Source: Phoronis australis (lineage: Eukaryota > Animalia > Phoronida). Taken from it: DNA of 64,000 bases. This document shows, in pieces, positions 1-11,612 of this stretch (position 1 is the first letter of the stretch; every line of letters starts with the position of its first letter). The position numbers and the translations under genes were made by a program. The notes beneath the pieces are model-generated. The model was not told where the DNA came from, did no database searches, and saw only the letters and a list, made by a program, of their open reading frames with translations. The stretch covers positions 6,198-70,197 of the forward strand of contig NMRA01000598.1 in assembly GCA_002633005.1 (NCBI GenBank). Direction: 5' to 3'.

Positions 1-202
1 CAGCCGTACATGCATAATACATGTCAACCCATTGTTTTCTCGACTTAATCTAATGACAAATTAAAAAATACGCTACGAAATGACTGTTATCACACTCTGG
101 GGCAAGCACTAGTATTTCAGCATGATACATGATGAAGACAGAAGTCATAAAAAGTCTGGTCTTTAAACTTCATTAATTCATGTTTGATTGGATAACTTTC
201 AG

Positions 203-3200
203 AGCACTGTTCACTCCCTCAGGACACGTATCACTGGCGTTATTGTCCATGGAAAGAAGACACACTTCTACCTAGACCTTCTTCAGTGGCCACATGATTC
301 TAACATGATGCTCAACTGTGTACTCGATGCAGTATTAGCATACAGAGACGAGCAAAATAGATTGCCACCAATATTGTATGTGCAGTGTGACAACTGTGGC
401 CGGGAGAACAAAAATAAATTTGTCATTGCAATGCTAGCCCTCCTAGTGAAACGAGGCTTTATCAAAGAGGTAACAGCGATAATGACGATGTTGTCACAGA
501 CATGACTGTGTTATAACTAAAAGACATGAAATCTGAATTTTATCAATCTCATTTAACTTAAAATTTCCAGGGCCTGTCCTCACAACGCAACACGACTATT
601 CGATCAATTTTTAGATTAAACACAATAGGGGCTGTTCCAGCAAAATCTGTATGGGGGAGGCACTTTTATTTCGTACCCACCCACCAGCCCATATTTTTCA
701 TTTATTTCTCCAACCCATGACCCATAATTTCTTAATTATTTTTAATAGGTTAAAATATAAAATTGCCTCCAGGAGGACATGTTATGAACTTAGATGATTG
801 ACAGACAAGAACTAGTTGTCTTGTCCAATATTGTCAAAAACTAAAGTAGCCTGTGAGCAATACTTTTGGCAGCCACCAGGTGTCTCTGTTCACCATGTGT
901 CTATAATGTCAATGAACATTTTTTTCAATTATAAGGATCTATGAATCTCAAACTGTCTCCACGAACTCTTTTATACTTCCATGTCAACGGAATATTGGAA
1001 CTTGTTTATCTTACTCCTCATATTTTGATTTAAAAATCATCAATTTTCTTATAAGTCTTAACACCAATTTATTATTGCATAACTTTTCAATTCAATAGGA
1101 CTGCAGAAAAACAGCTGGCTCAAATCAAGTTGCCCATGACTTGATTAAAGGCATAGTGAACATATTGCACTCTGTTCACTGGCAATATGGGCTTTATTGT
1201 ATTGGGATAAGTTAGGATATATGCCAATTGCATTTTTTTTAGTTTTGACGGCTGAAGTAACCAACCTGTCAACATAAACAGGTAAAAAAATACCACCTAT
1301 TTTTTATGCATCACTTCTTACAGGAACGACCACCCATAATTTGAGTTTTTTCTGAAGACCACCACCCAAGCATGATTTTTTATTTCTACTGCCGCCCCCT
1401 CCCTCCCACACGGATTTTACTGGAACAGCCCTAGCCAGATACGCAACCAAATTATGTGAAAATTAGTGACGGTGACAAATAGCTTTACGTTGCTCAATGA
1501 ATGTCTGTTGTTTTCCATATTGCACTCTTGGTGAACGAGACAGTACATAAGGTGACAATTATTTTTACACACAAACGAATTGTAAACGTAAATTTGACAA
1601 TGCAAAGGAAGATGAAACATGTGTTTTTCTACACGAAGGATTTGGTTCAATTACTTGTGTGATTCAGACTGTCTGACATCTCAATTGTGATGTATAAATA
1701 CAGTCGTTTTATGATGTAAGATATGCAATGTATCTGCAAGTTCATTATTTACCTGGACGTCTTATTTTGCACGTCATATGAGGTTATTTATCTGTTGTAG
1801 GTGATTCTGTCTTTTCTTATGAAAGGGCACACGCATGAGGACATCGACCAGCGCTTCAGCAAAGTATCTCATGCATTGCAGAGATACGATGCTAAATCAA
1901 TAGAGGAACTTTTGGAAGTCATGCGGTGTTCCCTCCGACAGCAACCAAAGCCTGTGATGCTAGGAACGATATTTGACATACGGAACTGGTTGAACCCTTA
2001 CCTCCAGCCACTTCACCAACACAGTCACCCTCATGTCTTCCGGTAATTATTTTTTTATATTAATTTTTCGTTTCTAGTAACTCTCTACAAGGACATTGAA
2101 CACAAAGACGTGTCAAGGCACCGTTTCAAATGATAATCTTTTCTACAACTTAAGTAACCAATACAGACAAACGTACAATTTTCTAGTTCAATTCCCCGCG
2201 ATCTATTTGCACGCTTCTTCGAAACAGCTTGGTGATTATATCTAGTCGTAGCCGAGACGGACATTCTGTTTGTGTAATAAAATGTTCAGAAACCGTATGT
2301 GGTTACTTTTTTGAAATATCATATGTTCGAACTTCATTTGTGGAATAATAACTATTCACTTTCCCCAAAGAGCTGATATACAGAGAAGATAAACATCTCC
2401 TGTTTTCTAATTTTAGGATATTCAAAGACACAGATGACCATGTTGCAGTTCGGTATAAAATGTGGTCAACCGATGAAGACTGGCTACCTTCACCAGAGAC
2501 TGCCCTGGAAATATTCAAGATTGGACCAGACGGTTTACAGCAAATTCCAGCAGGTATTTCCAGTTATGCCCCGTGATGTAATTTCTGTGATTCTGAAATT
2601 GGGCTCAACATGTGCCCAAGAAGCATCTGCGTTCGCAAAGAACACGTAGAATGCAATTAGTCTTTGAGATCGCATTGGACGCATAAAATGACATGCACTA
2701 GTTTCAGTCAACAACGGGAACACAGCTCTTTGAAGTACCCGAAGAAACCTTAAATTAGATTTAACATCAATCTGGGCCAAGTTTGTTATTTTTCGTGTTA
2801 TAAAATATTTTTTCTGTGATATATGGCGTGTTAACAGCCGTGTAAGGGCTGTTCCAGCAAAATCCGTATGGGAGGGGGGGGGACGTCAATAGTAGTTGTC
2901 TTCAGAAATAAACTCAATTATGGGTGGTCGTTCAAGTAAGAAGTGAAGCTATAAAACTAGGTGGTATTTTTTGACCTGTGAATGTTGACAGGTTGGGATT
3001 TTCGTCCAAACGCAACCCACAAGAAATCAAAACTCAACAAAAATTCTCTTGGCAAATACCCAACCATATCCCAAAACAAAAAACAAGCCCATGTTGCCAG
3101 GGGTATAGAGTGCAATATGTACACTAAGCCATTAATCAAGTCATGGGCAACTTCATTACAAGCACATGTTCAACTGCAGTCATTTTAGAATGAAAATTTC

Positions 3201-4887
3201 TGCTAGACCAAATTGGTGTTAAACAAAAAGTATGAAGAGTAAGATAATAAGTTCCAATATTCACTTGAATTAGAAGTATAAAAGAGTTCGTGGAGACAGA
3301 TTGAGATTCATAGACCCATGCAATTAAAAAAATCTTAATTGAAATTACAGACACATGATGAACATAGACACCTGGTGGCTGCTTAAAGTATTGCTCACAC
3401 GTGTATTTGAAAAGCAAGTTTCTGGTAACTGATATTTGTTGTGATCTCACATGGATTTTTTGCTCCCACAAAAACTTTGAGGTCGGTCAGTCAGTCATCC
3501 TTGCTTGTCCATCAGTTATCTCAAGAACGGCTTGGTGGATCATGATGGAAATTGGTTAGGATGTACTTGGCAAGGATGCGCCTCCACCAGTCGATTTCCG
3601 GGTGGGTTTGGCAACCTTGGTACCCCATGTTGGTCGCTTAAGTTTTCGACAAGCCATTCCTTGTGTGTTGATTATCTCAAAAACTGCTTCACTGGTCACT
3701 GACAATGAAAGTCGAAATAGAAGTATATCGAAAGAATGTGCCCGCACCAGTCAAATTTTGGACGCTGGCTTGAACTACTGTGGCACCCCGTTTTTGACAA
3801 AACAGGTTGATTAACTCAAAAAGTGCTAGGCATAACTGGATCTTTGGCACAAAAATATGTAGCAGGGATGGACTCGTTGACAGAAGTCATTTTCGTTTTC
3901 ATTCGACTACCCTCTTGGCAACTTAAGTTTTTGACAATATAGGACAAGGCAACTGGTTCTTGTCTGTGAATCACCTAAGTTCTTAACAGGTCATCTGAAG
4001 GCAATTTGTTTGCAAGTGTTGGATTTTATATTTTAACCTATTAATTAAAAATTTATGAGTCATGGGTTGAAGAAATAAATGAAAAATATGGGCGGCAGGT
4101 ACGAAATAAAAGTGCCTTTCCCCTCCCATACAGATTTTGCTGGAACAGCCCTAAGTGTAATATTAAGCCAGTCATTAACAATATATTGTTCTTCTATAAT
4201 TCAGGCAAACCCGATAAAGTAACCCCAAGGTTTGAAAAAACAGATTTTCCAGCATTTAGGAATGCTGTAGAAAATCAAAAAGCTCACCTGAACTTCCAAC
4301 AGTACAACTGCTTCCAAAAATTCATACAAGCTCCTGAGACAGAGGTGGCTAGAATTGTCGAGAAATACCCTGGTACAAGCACTGAATGGTTTTTGGATCT
4401 CCTTGACATCTGCGCTGATGAAAGAGAAGCTCCCTTAACAACAGCTGTAACTGAGGGCACACCATTGTCATTATTGCGCAATAAGGAGACACACTGCCCT
4501 CAGGTTTACTCAGGCACCATCCAAAAAAAATCCAAAACTAAGCACAATGCCCAAAGTAATGAAGCAGTTGCACAAGAAAGTAGAGTCATTAAAAAATCAG
4601 CCCCTGCTGTTGGCTTTATGATTATTTACACAGCCAAAAACAATCAGAAGGGAGTCAAAGTTGGAGAGGTCGAAGAAATTCAAAAAAATGGGCAACAACT
4701 GAAAATCAAATGTTTTTCTGGCAAATTGAATTCCCAGTGGAAACCACACCTTAAACCAAATGGTACTTTTAAACATGTCATCATTGACACCCAAAGATTA
4801 ATTTGTCCTTTCCATTTGACACCGACTCTAAGACTCCCTGCTTTCGTTTCAAAAAAAATCAGAGACTTGAAGGGTACTACACTGTAA
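203..4887 (+). CDS. Spliced DUF7869-type / Sola1-like DDD transposase-like gene, 5' part outside the window; exons 203-469, 1801-2042, 2417-2553, 4205-4887
   Basis: Four exons with canonical AG/GT sites and compatible phases (0, 2, 1) form one open frame to TAA at 4887. Motifs LYVQCDNCGRENKN and SFLMKGHTHEDIDQRFS match the DUF7869/Sola1-like catalytic core. The C-terminus is beta-rich (VGFMIIY..VGEVEEI..LKIKCFSG..WKP..FHLT). Confidence 0.8.
629..1431. mobile_element. PIF/Harbinger-type MITE, copy 1 (intronic)
   Basis: TIRs GGGCTGTTCCAGcAAAATCtGT...cGGATTTTACTGGAACAGCCC; 3-bp TSD TAG at 626-628 and 1432-1434. Confidence 0.8.
2846..4151. mobile_element. PIF/Harbinger-type MITE, copy 2, inverted relative to copy 1 and ~500 bp longer
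   Basis: Same TIRs; TSD TAA at 2843-2845 and 4152-4154. The internal sequence is the reverse complement of copy 1, plus an extra segment at ~3400-3920. Confidence 0.8.
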
Positions 4888-5451
4888 CCTTAAATTAATT
4901 TTGTTACCTTCCCGGATGTGGTTGTAAACAATAGTGCACTGCACTTATATAGCTGAACACAACGAAATATAGATACTTGCTTGATTTTATGTCATTGCAA
5001 GCGCACTAAGAATTTTCAACATTTGTAAAATTTCCATTGCTCCAAATATTAAACTTTTTGTTAAGCCAACAACTTCTTAGAGCTATGATAAAAAAACTGC
5101 AAAAATGTAAATACACGGTGTTGCTTTCTTTTCTGATAAAACGGTAGGTCTACCAAAGAATTGTACATAAATCTGAATTTCGGACAGTAACGTTTCTTAA
5201 GGTGTTGCATTTCCGGTAGCAACTCAAGTCAAGTGCAATGCATACGTTACTCTTTGAATTTAATTTAGTAATTTTGCATGGATCAAAACCATGTACGCAT
5301 TGTCTTGAGTCAATGATGTTGTTGGGAACTGAAGAAGTCCTGAGGAACACGATTGGTTAAATTTAAGTTAGAGCAATGCTCTTGGTGTTCATTGACTCAG
5401 TACAGACGTGACTAACTTTAAGCCTAAGGGAACGGTGATAATAAAAGTTGA

Positions 5452-6222
5452 CTGTACAGATATTCTTCAATTTAAGCGGGATTTATGGTACTTGCTCTTG
5501 TGCATAATTTTAGGCCAGAGTAGGAGATACCGATTTTGAAACTTGTACAGGTATTCTTAAATTTAAGCAGGATTTTATTACTTACATGCGTGCTTAATTT
5601 TAGGCCAGATTTCAGACCTTGCACAGAAATTCTTAAATTTAAGCGGGATGTACATGTATGTTGATTGCTCTTATGCTTAATTTTAGGCCAGATTTCAGAC
5701 CTAGCACAGATATTCTTAAATTTAAGCCATGTTTATGTTACTTGCTCTAGTGCTTAATTTTAGGCCAGATTTCAGACCTTGCACAGAAATTCTTAAATTT
5801 AAGCGGGATGTCCATGTATGTTGCTTGCTCTTTGGCTTAATTTTAGGCCAGATTTAAGACCTTGTACAGATATTCTTAAATTTAAGCGGGATGTACATGT
5901 ATGTTGCTTGTTTTTGCTTAATTTTAGGCCAGATTTAAAACCTTGTACAGATATTCTTAAATTTAAGCTGAATTTGCATGTATTTTACTTACCCTTGTGC
6001 TTAATTTTAGGCCAGATTTAAGACCTTGTACAGATATTCTTAAATTAAAGCGAGGGTTTATGTTACTTACCCTTGATCTTAATTTTAGGCCAGATTTCAG
6101 ATCTTGTATAGAAATTCTTAAATTTAAGCCATGTTTATGTTACTTGCTCTAGTGCTTAATTTTATGCCAGAGTAGAAGATACCGATTTTAAAACGTACTT
6201 GTACAGATATTCTTAAGTTCAA
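5452..6222. repeat. Minisatellite, ~75-80 bp unit, ~9-10 copies
   Basis: Recurrent GCTTAATTTTAGGCCAGATTT(c/a)AGACCTTG(c/t)ACAGA(a/t)ATTCTTAAATTTAAGC unit. Confidence 0.9.
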
Positions 6223-8422
6223 GCATCGTTTTTGTTTTCAGAAGAACCGGTTCTATATATCGAAAACATTGATCAGGTACTAAATCACTTTGTTTGGATT
6301 TCATGTAGGCAGTACTAGTGACCACGGCCTTGTTGTATGGCCAGTGCAGCTGGAGACGTGCTAACTGCTTAGAGTCATTTTCAATGTCCAAGCGAACTAA
6401 ATTGCCCGCATCTCTTAACACCTAAAATGAGTTTGCATTTGCACCTTTAAGAGAACATGAAGTAGCAATATTGATACGTTATCAACCACGGTACATTCAT
6501 TGCTATTCAAACGATTTTGTAAACCATAACTCACTGAAAAGCGCTCCGACGTATGGGCCGGTTTGCACTGGAGTACCTGTCTGCACGTCAAAATGTGCTT
6601 AATCAACGCGTAGGTTTGATTAACGCGTGGTTTTGCTTGCAACGCTCAGTTTGAGGTGCCCCTCTGTCTATAGTCCAAGCTGCTCTAACAATCGTTGTGA
6701 AATTTGGTAAATGTGTTGCTGGGAAGAGCATGATTGGCAATTTGGGACTGTTTGACTATACTGTGGCGTCCTCTAGTGGCAATTTGTACTTTTTGCATCT
6801 AGAGCTGTTTTTCTTTCTTCTTGCAGGATCTTTTGTGAAATTTGGCATCTGCATTTCTATAAACGTCGCACAAGATGACGACTTTGGACGTATATGGCGT
6901 GACAACCACAGTTGCTCCCAGTACCTGTTTTACTGTTTTACGGTTTTGACCAATGAGCGATATATTTATCTCATTGACTTTGACAGACCTGTTTCTATTG
7001 AGGTGAACATTACTGTCTTCGCATGCCACACCCAGAGGCTGTTTTTACATTTGCTGGCACAGCTGCGTTTACTGAGAGTGTTAAAACAATAATCATCCCT
7101 TGTAACCGCACAAAAAGCAATACACACGGTGCTCTCCTACGTCAACACTTTGCGTTGGTCTTGTTATTCTTACTACTGCAAAATACATACCAAGAGAAAA
7201 ATGAACACCATTTTATTGTGCTTAAATTTACTTTAGCAAGGCATTTTATTTGACAAATAAAACACAATTATGCTATATATATAAATATTTTGTTGGACGA
7301 CTGCTGAGAACAGCTTAGAGTGTGTATTCAACTGTGAATGCTAACATAAATACTGAAGTTAAAACAACACGCCAACCTTTTGAGTGCAAGTGTGGAGTCA
7401 AACAAGGCGGCATGTTAAGTCCATTATTGTTTTTGTGTACAAGCATAAACTTGCTATTGAAATGAGAACTGAAAAGGGAGGGAGGTATTCAAGTTGAGTA
7501 GACATTTGAAATGTGTTTTTATAATACATACCGACGAAGTTTCTCTATTTGGCAACGCTATAATTCAGTTACAGAGACGATTGGATTTACTAAAAAATAT
7601 TTTTAAAGCGAAATATTTCGGTTAACATCCAGAAGTGAAACATAGTTGTTTTCATTAGAGGTGGGCAATTGAAAGAACAGAAACATGGTAGTTTAGGGGT
7701 TTTGGTTTGAAGATTTGCAGTCACTATAAATATTTGAGGGTTGTATTTTCTTGTAGGTTAAGTTGAACAACGTGCTGCGGGTCCCTGGCTCAAAATACAA
7801 GCAAATCAGCCATAAATTTGGTGAGGCATTTTCGTGTCAAATGGGATCTGGAAGAAACGTAGTTTAGCTTATAATTTTTTTCACCCAATGATGGCTGCCA
7901 TTTTGTTATTTGGAGCAGAAATATGGGGTACTAACCTAATGAAAACTTGACAATGTAAATGATTATTGTCTGGTGGCTTTAAGACGACCAACGTTATGAT
8001 AAAGAGAGATTGGAGTGGTCATGATTTATATGTGTCTTATATAGCGAATACTAACACTTCGTTTTCATAAAAGTGGTATAAAGTTACACTGGACTTAGAA
8101 CAGGTTGAAGGATAACCTGCATTTTATAAGGGTGGTTTAATTTTTTGACCAGTGGTCTCGCAAAACCTGATTTAACCCCTTTTTAGACCTGGTCTGAGTT
8201 TTCATTTTACCAACGAGGTCTATATTACTTAGTCCTGTATTAAGGTCTAAAATCACGTTTAATTGGTGAGGCCCAGGTTTAATATCGTTAAATATGGCAG
8301 ACTTGTACGATATAGGTGCAACTGTATGGTGCCGCGGTGTGCAATTATGCCGCAGCTTTAGAGCGAGAATAGACTATTTTCAAACTTCATTTTAATTTAC
8401 GACGACACAAAATCAAACGTAA

Positions 8423-8580
8423 TAGGGGAGGGTCCAGATATTTTTAAAAGGAGGTGGCCGGATAAAGGATTATTCAAAATGGGAGGTCCAAATGCGAAAT
8501 TTGAAATTTCTGGATTTAATATCACTAGAACCAAGGGAAAATTTGATGGGTACGGACCCCTTGACCCCTGGATCCGCCAA
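8423..8580. mobile_element. Short GGCGGATCCAG-type MITE (degenerate)
   Basis: Ends GGGGAGGGTCCAGA...CTGGATCCGCCA; similar termini at 61303-61430. Confidence 0.5.
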
Positions 8581-8959
8581 ACATGTAGACCAGTACGTGT
8601 TGCAGGGTGTCCTCTGGATTCTTCAGAACACGACAGGTCGAGCATGGCGACATCGTCTTAAGCGCCAAAGGCATAAATGAAGACGGCATTTTCGGATTCT
8701 TCTCACAGATATCCTACTCCATTAGTTTCCAAATTAAGGTTGCGGGTTTGGGGTCGTTCCCCTCCCCCCACCTTTGTCCGCGGTATAACGACACGGACAT
8801 AAATTAGGGCATTTGTTATGTTGCAGCTAATTGTGAGCATGTACTGTAAAGTGTGAACGTGTTTTGGGCACAGTTATTACTAAATGAAAAATGTCTCTTC
8901 ATCATATTCTAGATGTACCGCTGTGTCTCTCAACGTTTTTTTTGTAATTTTCTATTGGT

Positions 8960-9140
8960 GAAATTTTCTTTTTGTTCTTCATTTTTAATGGTCCCCTTTA
9001 ACTATTGATTTCTGCATGTCTCCGATTGTGGCCGGAAATGTGCATCCAGTCTGGACCAATATCTCTCCAAGTCTGCTGCTTTCGTTGACTTAGTTTGGCA
9101 CCAGTTTTCTCGTTCTCTATAATTGTATTTTTCTCTGATC
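8960..9140 (-). pseudogene. Myb/SANT-like (MSANTD3-type) DNA-binding domain relic
   Basis: Minus frame reads KNTIIENEKTGAKLSQRKQQTWRDI, then Q*LKGTIKN after a frameshift. This resembles the IIENKKTD..K..W..I / QLK..KN pattern of Harbinger accessory proteins. Confidence 0.5.
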
Positions 9141-9322
9141 AGTTCTGGGTTGGAACATTTTTTCAACACGAGGAAAGCTTTTAGGCCTTTTGAAAATGTC
9201 TGCACTGATTCTACTAGTGTGCGCCATTGTGTACCCACATCATCAAGGTTTCATTGAAGTACTTCAATATATTTCTTGTTGGGTTAATCCAGATCGACAC
9301 ATAAGGGTGCCTAGGATACTCT

Positions 9323-9504
9323 AAACCAGCCTCCCGTTCAGTAGCGCTTGTACCTCGCTAAAAAGCAAGACTTCGTGAGATTACGTGAGATATTACCTTG
9401 TACTTCAAATGACAACACGTGACTTTGGTTAGATTTGGGCTAGGTCCTAGCGTACATGTAGGTCCTAGCGCAGGTCCTAGCGCTACTGAACGCACGTCTG
9501 GTTT
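9323..9504. mobile_element. Small MITE
   Basis: TIRs AAACCAGcCtccCGTTCAGTAGCGCT / AGCGCTACTGAACGcacGtCTGGTTT, with internal TAGGTCCTAGCG repeats. Confidence 0.7.
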
Positions 9505-10041
9505 TACTAAACCTGCTCCCTTGTCTAGCAAAACCAGGCTTTCAGATATCTAAACCACGTTGCAAGTTAGGTCTAAAATTAGACCAGGTTTAGGAAGACC
9601 AGGTTTAAGTCTTAAACCTGTTTTTGTTAAACCACCTTCATGAAATCGGCAATAGGTGTTTAACATTACAAATTGAAAACAGCAGAAGAAATGATATTCT
9701 GTAAATGAAAGAACGTGTAAGATCCATGTAATACAGAGACAGAAGAGCGTTTCATGTCACGTTGTCCAGTAATGGTAGATTTAAGAAACATGTTCATACC
9801 ACACTGTCACGATATCAGGTCTCTGTTGTCTCGAGTACCACAAACAATTTTATTTAAAACCGTTTCAGTGCATACCCAAAGGCAATGATGATCAGAAACG
9901 AGATATTAAATATATAAAAACTGAGTGCATCTACTAGAAGCAATTTTTAATGTATTTTTAACAGTGTTATTAGTTATAAATACTCATACAAATGTTTAGA
10001 CTATATTTTGGATCAAAACCTTGACTTCAAAGATAATTTGA

Positions 10042-10383
10042 ATGAATACGTCGTTGGACATCGAGGACTTTAGTTGCCCAAACTGTAATAGTCTCAGTGG
10101 CCAGCTCACATGGTCATTAGTAAAACCGCCAAAATACCTTTGTATTCATATCTTACGAACCGCGACTAATGGTGAAAAAATCAACACAAAGATTTCCTCG
10201 TATGACCTTACCGGCTACAAAATAAAAGCAGTCATTGAACACCATGGAAGAAAGACGACAGGTGGTCATTATACATGCTGTGTTAAATCGTAAGCATGGG
10301 AATGGATAAATTTTGACGACTCTACAGTCACAAGTACATCCAAGCCTCCCCTGGATGCCTACATTGCAATATATGAATTATAA
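10042..10383 (+). pseudogene. C-terminal fragment of a USP (peptidase C19) deubiquitinase-like domain with an in-frame stop
   Basis: CPNC..PPKYLCIHILR..YKIKAVIEHHGRKTTGGHYTCCVKS*AWEWINFDDSTV..AYIAIYEL* contains the USP His box and Asp box. TAA at 10291-10293 interrupts it, and no Cys box was found. Confidence 0.75.
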
Positions 10384-11612
10384 ACCAACAAAGGAAATCA
10401 ACATAAAAAATATGGCGCAATTTCAACATCAACGTCGCATATCACATCTGACGCAGCCAAGTCAAGTTATTTTTTTGAAATTCATCCTGGTACGGGAATT
10501 GGGGATAGTTAGGCCTAAAAAAGATCTTTAACCCAGCCGCAGAGCGTCTAAAGCCGCGCACCGTACCAGTGACTGCTGGCAACTCATCGGAGACTCAACT
10601 TTAACATCCTTCGCCGCAGAGATAACAACTCTTGGGCTGTCTCCGGTGAGTCCATTCTTTGTTGAATGATGTTTAGATAAATTCTGAAGCTTCTGGTAGA
10701 GCGTTAGGAAAGATATGCTCAACATTCCGTGATAACAAGAATCTAGGATTCGAAACGTTTAAAACATTTAGAATGATTCCATATAAAAACCATATGAAAA
10801 TGAAAAATCACTATATACTCAAAAATTCATACAGAGCTAATACTTTGTGCATGTGTTGGGATGCTGGCCCAAAGTACACTGCTGCAATACTTGCACTCAA
10901 TGGCCTTAGGTTACCGAGATATGACCTATTTGGCTATAAAGGCATATTTTGCATTTTTTCATGTCAGTAAAACTGCCTTTTTTGAACGGCAAAAAATCAG
11001 ACTTGGAAAACTGGTGACACAGTTTGACATTGATGGTCATAAAGACTCATGTAAGGTTAGTAAGAAAATGAAATTTGCAACTCGTAGGTACAGTTAAATT
11101 TCCAGCAGGGGAGAAAACTCCGAGACCTCTTTTCAGGCCAGTCACTAGTGGCAAGATGTTGCTTAAGCTGCCTGCTATACCGGAATATATTTGAAGTTGA
11201 AATTATCTGTGTAGACACTTCTAAGATTGAACTTTGATAATTGCTTTTAAAAAAACTTGTCTCTTATATATTTAGTGCTAAAGTGGCCCTCGAATTTGGG
11301 CATTTTTGTGAAGTGGCCTTAGTATGACTGACAAGAGAATTGAGGCTACTCTTTTAGAGATATCACATAAATTATATGATCTAATATCAACAATGCAATA
11401 TCACAAAAATTTAAATTTTACTTTTGAGACCCCAATTATCTAAAACACACCATGCTTTGTATAACTTTACCAATAGCACTTTAGGGTTCGAGACTATATG
11501 CACTTCCTGTCACTGCAAAGAATATGGAGGAATTTCCTTCTTGTACATTTGGTTAATTTTCGTAACATAAGTGTAATCGCGGAGGAAATGTGGCCTTCAT
11601 TAGCTGTGTTAA

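Larger units (their letters stand above)
8118..9650. mobile_element. Degenerate Harbinger-like DNA transposon remnant with nested MITEs
   Basis: Imperfect TIRs (ATAAGGGTGGTTTAA / TTAAACCACCTTCATGAAATCGGC), subterminal AAACCTGGT/AGACC repeats and an internal Myb/SANT-like relic. Confidence 0.5.

Noticed and set aside
5452-6222. Palindromic repeats with variable intervening bits resembling a CRISPR array
   Set aside because: The intervening segments are related to each other, there are no cas genes, and the context is eukaryotic; it is a minisatellite.
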